From Thermoanaerobaculia bacterium (lineage in GTDB: Bacteria; Acidobacteriota; Thermoanaerobaculia; Multivoradales; Multivoraceae), in contig OY761158.1 in assembly GCA_963664405.1 (NCBI GenBank), positions 5,152,001 to 5,216,000 on the forward strand: a stretch of DNA of 64,000 nt, in the 5' to 3' direction. Below the pieces are notes generated by a model. The model was not told where the DNA came from. It saw only the letters and a program-made list of their open reading frames with translations, and searched no databases. Below are positions 19,680 to 28,578 of the stretch, one piece after another; the stretch's first letter is position 1, and each line of letters opens with the position of its first letter. Both the position numbers and the translations under genes were made by a program.

Positions 19680-19754
19680 TGGAGCCGACGGGCGGATTTG
19701 AACCGCCGACCTGCTGATTACGAATCAGCTGCTCTACCACTGAGCTACGTCGGC
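19680..19754 (-). tRNA. tRNA-Thr(CGT)
   Basis: GCCGACGTAGCTCAGTGGTAGAGCAGCTGATTCGTAATCAGCAGGTCGGCGGTTCAAATCCGCCCGTCGGCTCCA; complete cloverleaf with CCA. Confidence 0.98.
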
Positions 19755-19786
19755 TAGAGGTGGGATCCCCTCGCGAGGGCTGGGGA

Positions 19787-19816
19787 ATTGTAAGGGGTTT
19801 CGCTGTGCAGCGGCAA
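19787..19816 (-). promoter_or_regulatory. Sigma70-type promoter of the tRNA
   Basis: TTGCCG-18 bp-TACAAT on the minus strand. Confidence 0.55.
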
Positions 19817-19828
19817 GATCGCGTCGGG

Positions 19829-20809
19829 TCAATCGCCAGGCTTGAAACGAAGAGTTCCGTCCGCCGGCTCGAGCTCATGATCGAAGCCCCCGCTCCGCAG
19901 CCAGGCTGCCGCCTGAGGGTCTTCTTTCAGCAGCATGTCCCAGAAAGCGACGGCGGCCATCCGCACTAGTTCGTGGTGACGAGCGGCCTTGTCGCGCGCG
20001 GGACCCGGCTGCCCAATCTGGCGGCCACTGAAGGTCATGTGGATGCCGTCCTCGAGGACCAAGAGCCATTGGTCGCGACCCTCGATGGTATCGAAGGGAA
20101 AGGAGCGAGTCTCGACGGTCTGGTCTCCAAGCGGCGAGGCGTCCGCCGTACCGGTGAGGTGAAAGAGCGGCATGTCCATGACCGCGAAGGCCGTCGAGGG
20201 GTCTTCGGAACGGGGCTTTGACGGACTCATCGCGAAGGCCCCGCGGAAGGCTGGCACGGCGAAACGACGGCCAACGAGCGGCATGCTCTGACCGGCGGCA
20301 ACGAGCGTCGTGATCGCGCCATAGGAGTGCCCCGACATTCCGATGCGGCTGGAATCGAGCCTTCCCGCCAACTCGTCCGTCGCCATCTTCTCGATCTGCG
20401 ACACCGCGAAGGGGACGTCTCCCAGGCGAGCTATGACGACCTGAGGGTCGCTAATCTTATCCAGCATGCCCTGGGCCCCGTGCTTCCTCAGAACCCCGAT
20501 GTCGCTGCCGGCGTGCTGGATATGGAACGCCGCGAAGCCGTGGCTCGCGAGGTGTCGCCCCAGGTACTCGGCTCCGTCACGCGAGCCGCCTGCGCCATGA
20601 GACCACACGACGACCGGGATGAGCCCGAGGTCTTCCCGCGGCCAGTAGAGCTTCCAAGGCACGACGCGTCCCTGGCGCCCTGCATCACTCCACTCACCAA
20701 GACGAACTTCGACCTGGTGCGGTCCGGATGCCGCCTTGTACGGTGCGGCCACGGCATAATGGACAACCGGCACGAGAGCGAAGAAGATGCAGAGAATGAG
20801 GCTTCTCAT
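19829..20809 (-). CDS. Secreted alpha/beta hydrolase (dienelactone-hydrolase-like)
   Basis: Signal peptide, WSHGAGGS, nucleophile GHSYG, TGTAD, HMTF. Confidence 0.85.
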   Translation of the reverse strand: MRSLILCIFFALVPVVHYAVAAPYKAASGPHQVEVRLGEWSDAGRQGRVVPWKLYWPREDLGLIPVVVWSHGAGGSRDGAEYLGRHLASHGFAAFHIQHAGSDIGVLRKHGAQGMLDKISDPQVVIARLGDVPFAVSQIEKMATDELAGRLDSSRIGMSGHSYGAITTLVAAGQSMPLVGRRFAVPAFRGAFAMSPSKPRSEDPSTAFAVMDMPLFHLTGTADASPLGDQTVETRSFPFDTIEGRDQWLLVLEDGIHMTFSGRQIGQPGPARDKAARHHELVRMAAVAFWDMLLKEDPQAAAWLRSGGFDHELEPADGTLRFKPGD

Positions 20810-20847
20810 GACGTTGACTTCCCCAGGCCTGACTTTGCTATCTCCCA

Positions 20848-23370
20848 TCACCAAGCATCGCGTCGGAAAACCTCACGCCAACGTTCCCCAGGATCCTCGA
20901 AGCGGACGCCGGCAGGGTCGAAACGCTCGGGCTCGAAAGGCTTGCCGCCGAGCCACTCAAGGAGCATCTCGCGCTCCGGATGCCTCTCGTCGGCCATTGC
21001 GGCGACGAGCTCGAGATAACCCGGAGTGCTACCTACGTCCTCGGGCGGGCAAGCCCTCTCGCCTCCAGTGCAACGAGGATAACCCTCATCCGCCTCGCTG
21101 GGTACGATCGCCTCCAGCGAGATCTCGTGCTGCCAATTGTCCCCGAAGTCGTACTGGTAGGTGATCGAGGGCTGATCAAAGGTCAGGAAATCGGCGATCG
21201 GCTGCTCCCAGCCCGGCAGGCACTCGACGTCCTCGTCGGGCATTCCGATCTCCACTTCCTCGCCGGTTTCGGGGCTCTGAACGAAGAAGCCGTGCAGGTG
21301 ACTATCGGTCCACCCCATGGCGTTCTGGACGGCCACGTGCAAGTCCCAGAACGAGCTTGCGTAGGGCAACTCGATGCGCCGCCAGATCACTGGGGCGATG
21401 TCGAGGAGCTCGATACGAAGCCGGCAGATACCGCTTGCCACCCGGCCAGTGACTCCGCGGGACCGGCTGCGCTCACGCGCCGCCTTGCGACCCGCTGCGT
21501 CAATCTTGCCGCGAGTCTTGCGCAGCCACTCGATGGCGCCCGGGACCGATCTCCAGCTCTCTTTCAATTCCTCGCACTCGAGCCACGCGAGCATCGATTC
21601 GCTCAGCGGACCATAGCTCGACTTGGGCTTCTTCTTCTTGCGGCCGGTTAGGAAGTCTGCGATGAGAGGTGCATCGCGGTAGGCGGGCTCTAGCGCGCGA
21701 CGTGCTGCTTTGGTGTCGCCGAGCGCGAAGTGAGCCAGCGCCTCGCTGAATTCGAGGCTGAAGAACCGTCGGGAGCCATCGACCGTGTGAATGATCGCCA
21801 GGGCTTCTGTGTAGGCACCGTCGCAGAGCTTTTGAGCGACTAGGATCGGGCGGACACCCGAGCGATCGGCCGGGTCGAGCTCCAAGAGGACCGAGATCAA
21901 AGAGTCATCCCCGCTCTCGCTCTCCTCGTTGGGATTCTCGATGCCGAGCTCGAGCAGGAGAAGCGCGGCCTCAGAGGAATCGAGATCGGCAAGGGGTGGC
22001 AGTGACGAGCTTTCGCCGGCCCGCGACCACGCACCGGTGATGATCGCTCGACCCCGCTTCAGCAGAGGCAGCAATACACCTCGTGTATGCCAGCGCGCTC
22101 CGGACGACGGCAGCTCGAGGGCGGCGAGAGTCACGTCGCGGAGGATCGTCAGGCTCCCCAGGCCCCCCGGAGTCTCTTCGAGGTAGTCGAGCCAGGTTTC
22201 GACGACGCTCGGAAACCAGTACTGGAGAGCGAGGATCGTCGTCTCGTCGCGGGGCCATGGTAGGTTCCGCCATCCCTCTTCGAGCCTCGCCTGCTGAGTC
22301 GGAGCAGTCAGGACACTGCCTAGGGGCGTGACCTCGACCTCGTAGCGCGGCACCGGCAGGGCTACCTCCCGCTGGACGAGATCCCAGAAGCGTGCCAGAA
22401 CCTGCTCTTCCGGCCACGTCGAGGTGTTGAGGAAGGTGGTGCGGTAGGGGGCTGCGATCACTTCGCGCATCAGGCCTGCGGGGCCGCCTTCGTCGTCGAG
22501 TCCGGCACGTTCGAAGCGAGCCAGCCAGAATCTAGCGCGGGCTTGCGCACGATCCGGCTCGTCGCAGGAGAGCAGCATGGTGACCTCCAGTGACGACAGC
22601 GCCGGGTGATCGGGATCGTCGCGCTGGGCGTTGGCGAAGCACTCCCAGGCGAGATCCCAGTCTCCCGAGTCCGCTTTGATGCTCGCTCTTCGCATCCAGA
22701 CTGCTGCGCGCAAAGGCGGGCGAAGCTCTTTCGTGAGCCGCTCGAGCGCCTGCTCCTTCTTGTGTCGGTATTGGAGGCGGTCGTAGGTATCGATCAGGAC
22801 GTCGAAAGCGTCTTCGTAGCGAGCTCCCAGGCGCGCAAGTCGGTCGGGGGGCTGATCGAAGATAGGCTCGACGAGCGCAAGCGCCCGTTTCGGTTGGTCC
22901 AACGAGAGGCAACGTTTGGCGAGGTCGCAGCGCACCTGAGCTGGCACGTTAGCGCTGGCCCCCGCGCGCTTCAGTTGCTCGACCGAGAGCACATCGCTGA
23001 CGAGGGGCCACAGCTCCTCGGTGGTGAGGGCAGGGGTGTCGGCTGCGAATCGTGCGCAACAGCGCTTGTACTTGATTCTCGAACCGCAGCTGCAGGGGTC
23101 GTTTCGCCCCGGCTTGGGCAATGGGGACGATTGAAAACCGTGAGAAGGGAGCGGTGTTACATCCCAGATGGTCGCCGAGAGATTCGTAGCGAGGGCTTTG
23201 AGCCGACCCGGCTCGACCTGGGCCGCGTGGGGCAGCGTTTCGGCCAGCGACGTCTTCACGTGCATACGAAGATGCTCGAAATCCTCTCTCGACACAATCT
23301 CGCGAACGCTACTCTCAATCAGACTGAGCAGTACGTCAGGATCGAGGAGGGGGTCGTTCGCGGTCGTCAC
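20848..23370 (-). CDS. SEC-C motif + TPR-like + pRiA4b ORF-3-like domain protein
   Basis: GRNDPCSCGSRIKYKRCC; helical middle; IWRRI..LHVAVQNAMGWTDSHLH..YQYDFGDNWQH..CPPEDVG. Confidence 0.85.
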   Translation of the reverse strand: MTTANDPLLDPDVLLSLIESSVREIVSREDFEHLRMHVKTSLAETLPHAAQVEPGRLKALATNLSATIWDVTPLPSHGFQSSPLPKPGRNDPCSCGSRIKYKRCCARFAADTPALTTEELWPLVSDVLSVEQLKRAGASANVPAQVRCDLAKRCLSLDQPKRALALVEPIFDQPPDRLARLGARYEDAFDVLIDTYDRLQYRHKKEQALERLTKELRPPLRAAVWMRRASIKADSGDWDLAWECFANAQRDDPDHPALSSLEVTMLLSCDEPDRAQARARFWLARFERAGLDDEGGPAGLMREVIAAPYRTTFLNTSTWPEEQVLARFWDLVQREVALPVPRYEVEVTPLGSVLTAPTQQARLEEGWRNLPWPRDETTILALQYWFPSVVETWLDYLEETPGGLGSLTILRDVTLAALELPSSGARWHTRGVLLPLLKRGRAIITGAWSRAGESSSLPPLADLDSSEAALLLLELGIENPNEESESGDDSLISVLLELDPADRSGVRPILVAQKLCDGAYTEALAIIHTVDGSRRFFSLEFSEALAHFALGDTKAARRALEPAYRDAPLIADFLTGRKKKKPKSSYGPLSESMLAWLECEELKESWRSVPGAIEWLRKTRGKIDAAGRKAARERSRSRGVTGRVASGICRLRIELLDIAPVIWRRIELPYASSFWDLHVAVQNAMGWTDSHLHGFFVQSPETGEEVEIGMPDEDVECLPGWEQPIADFLTFDQPSITYQYDFGDNWQHEISLEAIVPSEADEGYPRCTGGERACPPEDVGSTPGYLELVAAMADERHPEREMLLEWLGGKPFEPERFDPAGVRFEDPGERWREVFRRDAW

Positions 23371-23432
23371 GGCGGCAGCTTCGAGTGTATGCGCATACGC
23401 CCTGAGTCCGCTAGCAGGTCTGGGGCAGCGTC

Positions 23433-24791
23433 TTAGGCGCTCTCGCGCTCCTCCATATCGCTACAGGCGCCGATGGCGGCGGCGTAGACCTCTTTGAGCG
23501 GCACTCCGTGCTCGAGCGCGGCAGCACGGCAGGCCTCGAATTCGGGCGCGACGTTCCTTGGTAGGCCGTCGCCATCAGCCACCTTGACCGGAATCGATCC
23601 GAACGCGGTCTCGACCTCGATCATTCGGCGCGGCCGCTCGAGGCGATAGGAGGGACGCACCCGCACGCCGAGGGTTGTGGTCTCGGCGAAGAGAATGCGC
23701 CCAAGGCTCTGGACGTCTCCTCGTCGGGCAAGCGCCGAGATCATCATCGCGGGCCGGCCCTTCTTCATGCCGATGGGCGAGGTCCAGGCATCCAAGGCAC
23801 CGGCCTCGAGAGCGCGCTCCACCGCGTAAGCCGCAATCTCTGCACTCATGTCGTCAACGTTCGCTTCCAGAATGGCGAAGGGCGTCTCGATCCCCCCACT
23901 CGTGCTGCTGGCGGCATCCGGCGAGGTCCCGAGGACGGCGCGCAACAGGTTGGGTCGATCTTCGAGCTCTTTGGTGCCGCCGCCCCATCCACTGCGCTCC
24001 GGAGCCAGGTCGGGCCACCTCGAGAACTCACTGGCGATGGTGGCGACCAGGCAGGCGCCGGTCGGCGTCACCAGCTCGCCGTCGATGCCTGCGTCGTAGG
24101 TGGGCACCCCCCTCAGACAAGAAACAGTGGCAGGCGCCGGCAGGGGGAGCACTCCATGCTGGGCGCGGATGCGACCCTTGCCCATCGGCAGCGGGGAGGC
24201 AATGACGCGGGCGCCGAGAAAGTCGATCGCGGCCGCCGCCGCTACGATGTCGACGATCGAGTCGACCGCCCCGACTTCATGGAAGTGAACATCCTCCACC
24301 GGCATCCGATGGATGCCGGCCTCGGCTTCCGCGAGCAGTCGGAACGCGTCTAGAGCGATCTTGCGGCAGCCCCCGGCAAGCGCCGCCGCCTCGAGCATCT
24401 CGCGGATCTGACGGTAGGTGCGCTGCGGCTGTCCACTCTCGACTTCGACGATGAAGCGGCGGGCACCGATGCCCGAGCGCACCAGAGGGACGACGTCGAT
24501 GCGATAGCCGGTGAGAGGCAGAGCTGCCAAGGGCTCCTCGATCGCTCGGCGCGGCACGCCTAGATCGAGAAGGCTAGCCACCAACATGTCACCGGCAAGG
24601 CCGCTCGGGGCATCGAGAAAAAGGATCTTCCCGATTCCCGCCCCGCGCTCGAGATCGCCGTCGGGCAGGGGAGCCGGGGCAGTATCGGCCTGCGACGAGT
24701 CGCCGGCCCCGGGTTGGTGATGGTGATGAGAGTGACTATGAGCCTCGTCTCCGTCGTGACCGTGATCGTGATCGTGGGGTCCGGCGGTCAC
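23433..24791 (-). CDS. larC: Nickel pincer cofactor biosynthesis protein LarC
   Basis: SGLAGDM, VHFHEVGAVDSIVD, ELVTPTGA, EANVDD, MKKGRP, ETTTLGVR. Confidence 0.95.
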   Translation of the reverse strand: MTAGPHDHDHGHDGDEAHSHSHHHHQPGAGDSSQADTAPAPLPDGDLERGAGIGKILFLDAPSGLAGDMLVASLLDLGVPRRAIEEPLAALPLTGYRIDVVPLVRSGIGARRFIVEVESGQPQRTYRQIREMLEAAALAGGCRKIALDAFRLLAEAEAGIHRMPVEDVHFHEVGAVDSIVDIVAAAAAIDFLGARVIASPLPMGKGRIRAQHGVLPLPAPATVSCLRGVPTYDAGIDGELVTPTGACLVATIASEFSRWPDLAPERSGWGGGTKELEDRPNLLRAVLGTSPDAASSTSGGIETPFAILEANVDDMSAEIAAYAVERALEAGALDAWTSPIGMKKGRPAMMISALARRGDVQSLGRILFAETTTLGVRVRPSYRLERPRRMIEVETAFGSIPVKVADGDGLPRNVAPEFEACRAAALEHGVPLKEVYAAAIGACSDMEERESA

Positions 24792-25552
24792 GAGGTGTCC
24801 TCTCCGATGCGGTTGATCATCGCTGCCGCCCGCCCGGCGCCGAAGCCGTTGTCGATGTTCACCACAGTTACTCCGGCAGCGCAGCTGTTGAGCATGCCGA
24901 GGAGCGCAGCGATTCCTCCGAAGCTGGCTCCGTACCCCACTGAGGTGGGCACCGCGATCACCGGCTTGCCAATCAAGCCCGCCACCACGCTCGGAAGCGC
25001 TCCCTCCATGCCGGCGACGACGACAAGGATGGTTGCTTCGTCAAGCTCTTCGCGACGGCCGATTAGGCGATGAACGCCCGCGACGCCGACGTCGTTGACG
25101 CGCTTCACTTCATTGCCAAAAGCCTCGGCCGTGATCGCCGCCTCTTCCGCAACCGGAAGATCGCTGGTGCCGGCAGTGACGATGGCGATGGGTCCGCGCC
25201 CGGTACGCGGCGAGGGGGTGCGTTGCAACAAGGCGGTGCGCGACAGCCGGTCGAAGCTCACCTCGGGGATGGCGGCGAGAAGGGCCGCTCCCGCCGCTTC
25301 GGAGACGCGGGTCGCGAGCACGGTCTGGTCGTGCTTGTCGATCTCGTGGAAGAGGGCGATCAATTGCTCCTGCGTCTTGCCGGCGGCGAAGATCACCTCA
25401 GGGTAACCGCTGCGCAGAGCGCGGTGATGGTCGACGGTGGCGAAGCCCAGGTCGGCGAAAGGGAGATCACGTAGCGACCCCATCGCTTCGTCGACAGCGG
25501 TCTCTCCCCGCGCGACGGCTTCGAGCAGCCGGCGTATGGCTTCGGGATCCAT
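24788..25552 (-). CDS. larB: Nickel pincer cofactor biosynthesis protein LarB
   Basis: AGTSDLPVAEEA, DVGVAG, AGMEGALPS, PTSVGYG, VNIDNGFGA. Confidence 0.95.
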   Translation of the reverse strand: MDPEAIRRLLEAVARGETAVDEAMGSLRDLPFADLGFATVDHHRALRSGYPEVIFAAGKTQEQLIALFHEIDKHDQTVLATRVSEAAGAALLAAIPEVSFDRLSRTALLQRTPSPRTGRGPIAIVTAGTSDLPVAEEAAITAEAFGNEVKRVNDVGVAGVHRLIGRREELDEATILVVVAGMEGALPSVVAGLIGKPVIAVPTSVGYGASFGGIAALLGMLNSCAAGVTVVNIDNGFGAGRAAAMINRIGEDTS

Positions 25553-25566
25553 GACGAACGGCTATC

Positions 25567-27135
25567 TTACCCGAGCCGTGACGCCGACGGCCCCGGCCGG
25601 CGACGCATCAGGACGACGAGAGGGAGCATGCCGACGAAGAGGTAGCCGAGCATCTGGAAAGCGTCCAGAAAGGAAAGGAGCTCAGCCTGCTCCGCGATCA
25701 AGGCGGCGACCGAGGTCTTGGCGCGGGTGGCGGCGTCGACGGGGTCGGCGCCATGCCGGGTCCAGGCCTCGCCCAGGCGCTCGAGAGTGGCTCGAGAGGC
25801 CGGGTCGTAGAGGTCGAAGTGGTTGGCCAGAAGCTGTCGGTGACGGGTAGCGCTGCGAGTGAGATAGGTCGAGACGATTGCGATGCCCATCGACGAACCG
25901 AGATTGCGGGTCATGTTGAAGACACTCGAGGCGTTGCCCATCTCCTCCTTGGGGAGCGACGCCATGGTCAGAGTCGTGAGCGGGATGAAGAGGAGGCCGA
26001 TCGCCCAACCCTGCACGAACTGCGGCCAGAAAACATCCCAGAATCCGGCGTCGAGGCTCATGCGCGACATCCAGAACATGCTCGCCGCCCCGAGGACGAG
26101 GCCGGCTACCAGGAGTCTGCGGTTGCCGTAGCGATCCGTGGCGATCCCCGCGAAAGGCATGACGATCATCGAGCCGATCCCACGGGGCGCCATCGCGAGC
26201 CCCGCCGCGTAGGGGGTGTAGCCCAGCAGGGCTTGCAGCATGAAGGGAAGCAGCATCAGGCTGCCGAAGAGCATGAAGCCGAGCAGGGCGGAAAACAGGG
26301 CGCCCGTCGCGAAGGTCCTGTTGCGGAACACACGGAGCTCGACGACCGGGTGGGGAGTCGTGAGCTCGCGCAGCAGAAAGAGGAGGGCTCCAGCCAGCGC
26401 AAGGACGAAGCAAACCTGGATCAGTCTGGACGAGAACCAATCCTCCTCTTGTCCCTTGTCGAGGAGGAGTTGGAGAGCGCCGACGCCGACGACAAGGAGG
26501 CCCATTCCGAGATAGTCGATGCGCTCGGAGCGGCGGCGGATGTAGGGAGGGTCGAAGACGTGGAGTGAGATCAATAGGATCGAGAGCACCCCCACCGGAA
26601 CATTTATGTAGAACACCCAGCGCCAGCTGTACTCCATCGTCAGCCAGCCGCCGACGATGGGACCGCTGATCGGCGCGAGGACTACACCGACGGACCAGAA
26701 GCCCATTGCCTTGCCGCGGTCACCGGGCGGAAAGCTTTCGAGAATGATCGCCTGCGAGAGCGGCATCATCACTCCGCCGGTGAGTCCCTGAATGACGCGG
26801 AAGAAGACCAGAGTCGGCAGAGTTGGAGCGACGCCGCAGAGAAGCGAGGCGACGCTGAAGGTGGCGATGCTCCAGATCATCAGGCGTCTGCGGCCGACGT
26901 AGTTGGCGAGCCAGCCGCTGATCGGAATGACCACCGCATTGGCTGCGAGGTAGGAGGTCAAGGCCCAGGTAGCCTCGTCGACCGAAGCGGAGAGACTGCC
27001 GGCGATGTAGGGCAGTGACACATTGACCACCGAGGTGTCGAGAAACACCATGAAGCTCGCGAGCATGACCGAGATGGCCACCACCCAGCGGTTGGCTTCG
27101 GGGAGCCCGGTGGGAGCCGCTGGAGAGCTGATCAA
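25567..27135 (-). CDS. emrB: DHA2 MFS efflux permease (EmrB/QacA)
   Basis: LDTSVVNVSLP, WALTSY, WRWVFYINVP, multiple TM helices. Confidence 0.93.
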   Translation of the reverse strand: MISSPAAPTGLPEANRWVVAISVMLASFMVFLDTSVVNVSLPYIAGSLSASVDEATWALTSYLAANAVVIPISGWLANYVGRRRLMIWSIATFSVASLLCGVAPTLPTLVFFRVIQGLTGGVMMPLSQAIILESFPPGDRGKAMGFWSVGVVLAPISGPIVGGWLTMEYSWRWVFYINVPVGVLSILLISLHVFDPPYIRRRSERIDYLGMGLLVVGVGALQLLLDKGQEEDWFSSRLIQVCFVLALAGALLFLLRELTTPHPVVELRVFRNRTFATGALFSALLGFMLFGSLMLLPFMLQALLGYTPYAAGLAMAPRGIGSMIVMPFAGIATDRYGNRRLLVAGLVLGAASMFWMSRMSLDAGFWDVFWPQFVQGWAIGLLFIPLTTLTMASLPKEEMGNASSVFNMTRNLGSSMGIAIVSTYLTRSATRHRQLLANHFDLYDPASRATLERLGEAWTRHGADPVDAATRAKTSVAALIAEQAELLSFLDAFQMLGYLFVGMLPLVVLMRRRPGPSASRLG

Positions 27136-27156
27136 ACGCTTGCCAGACGAGCCGCC

Positions 27157-28578
27157 CTAGGCTACGAAGCCCACCGGCGGTGAGGTCTCGAAGGCCGGGT
27201 AGAAATTGCGCAGATTCGGCAGGATCGTCTCCAGCGTGTCGTCGTTCTCGATGCCGAACCAGAGTGCGAGCTCCGCGTTGTACTCGTCAACCGACGTGGT
27301 CGGGATGAGTCGCCCTCGGCCGATGTCGAGCTTGTTCCCCGGGGCGAGTGACTCGGGGAAATCGCCATGGATCCGCCCGCCATCGACCGCTTCACCCATC
27401 ACGATGTGGTTGCCTCCCCAGGCGTGGTCGCTGCCATTGCCGTTGGTGGTGAGGGTACGGCCGAAGTCGGAGATCGAGAAGGTGACGACGTCACGAGACA
27501 CGCCGAGCTCCACGGTGGCGTCGTAGAACGCCTTCATCGCTTCCGCGATCTCCGGCAACATCGCCGCCTGACGGGTGAGGACGCCGTCGTGATGATCCCA
27601 GCCGCCTCGCTCCACGAAGAGCACTTGACGCTGCTGACCGAGACTGTCTCGAGCACCGATCGTTCTCGCGGCCTGGTAGAAGGCCCGCCCCATCTGGGTG
27701 TCGGGGAACGTGGTGTTGAGATTGACACTGCCGATCGCCTCGTTGAAGTCCACCGCGGCATCGATCGACTGACGCCGCATCTGGGCGTGAGTCACTTGGA
27801 GCAGATCGGAGTACTTCTGCTCGAGGAGGCTGTCCGTCGCCCGGGTCATGATGCGATCGATGGGGTTCGAGTTGCCGTAACCCGCCAGCAGCTCCGCTCC
27901 GTTTGCACCGTCGATCACATAGGGGATGACGCCGTCCCCGGTTTGCAGGATGTTGAGGTGCTCGAGCGCGATGTTCATCGACACCACCGGGTTCGAGTTG
28001 GTGCTGTCGCTGAGTATGTCGGCCATACGACCGCACCAGCCGGTGATCTGGGTGCGCGACTGCGGCACCGAGGTCTGCCAGTGTCGCTGCTGGTCACTGT
28101 GGGAGAAGAGGCCGAGCGGCAACATCGCGGTGTTGTAGCTCGAACGGGTTATCGGCTCGACCAGGGTTCCGACATTGGCGACGAAGGTCAGGTTGCGGTC
28201 CTCATAGAGCTGGTGCAGGGCCGCCATGCCGGGGTGAAGGCCGTACTTGCGACCGTCGCGGCGATCCGAGATCGGGAGAAGATCGCCCTTGGCGAGGGCC
28301 AGGTTGCCACGGGCGGTCTGGTAGTCGGCGTAGGCGCCGGGATCGGTCGGCACCAGCATGTTGAAGGAGTCGTTGCCACCGTGCAGGAAGAGGCAGACGA
28401 GAGCCTTGTAGCCGCTGACGGTCTGAGCGGCGGCGGCCGATCGGGTGAGATGGAGATTGAGCAGAGTCGACAGGATCGAGGTCGATGTGAGGGCGGCGCA
28501 GCCGCCGCTGGCACGAAGAAAGTCGCGGCGTGAGAGAAACTCGGGATTCGCCAGCTTTGTATATTTCATTGAGCTCAC
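27157..28578 (-). CDS. DUF1501 family protein with Tat signal
   Basis: SRRDFL, YKALVCLFLHGGNDS, LFSHSDQQ, GGWDHH, SDFGRT..GSDHAWG. Confidence 0.9.
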   Translation of the reverse strand: MSSMKYTKLANPEFLSRRDFLRASGGCAALTSTSILSTLLNLHLTRSAAAAQTVSGYKALVCLFLHGGNDSFNMLVPTDPGAYADYQTARGNLALAKGDLLPISDRRDGRKYGLHPGMAALHQLYEDRNLTFVANVGTLVEPITRSSYNTAMLPLGLFSHSDQQRHWQTSVPQSRTQITGWCGRMADILSDSTNSNPVVSMNIALEHLNILQTGDGVIPYVIDGANGAELLAGYGNSNPIDRIMTRATDSLLEQKYSDLLQVTHAQMRRQSIDAAVDFNEAIGSVNLNTTFPDTQMGRAFYQAARTIGARDSLGQQRQVLFVERGGWDHHDGVLTRQAAMLPEIAEAMKAFYDATVELGVSRDVVTFSISDFGRTLTTNGNGSDHAWGGNHIVMGEAVDGGRIHGDFPESLAPGNKLDIGRGRLIPTTSVDEYNAELALWFGIENDDTLETILPNLRNFYPAFETSPPVGFVA

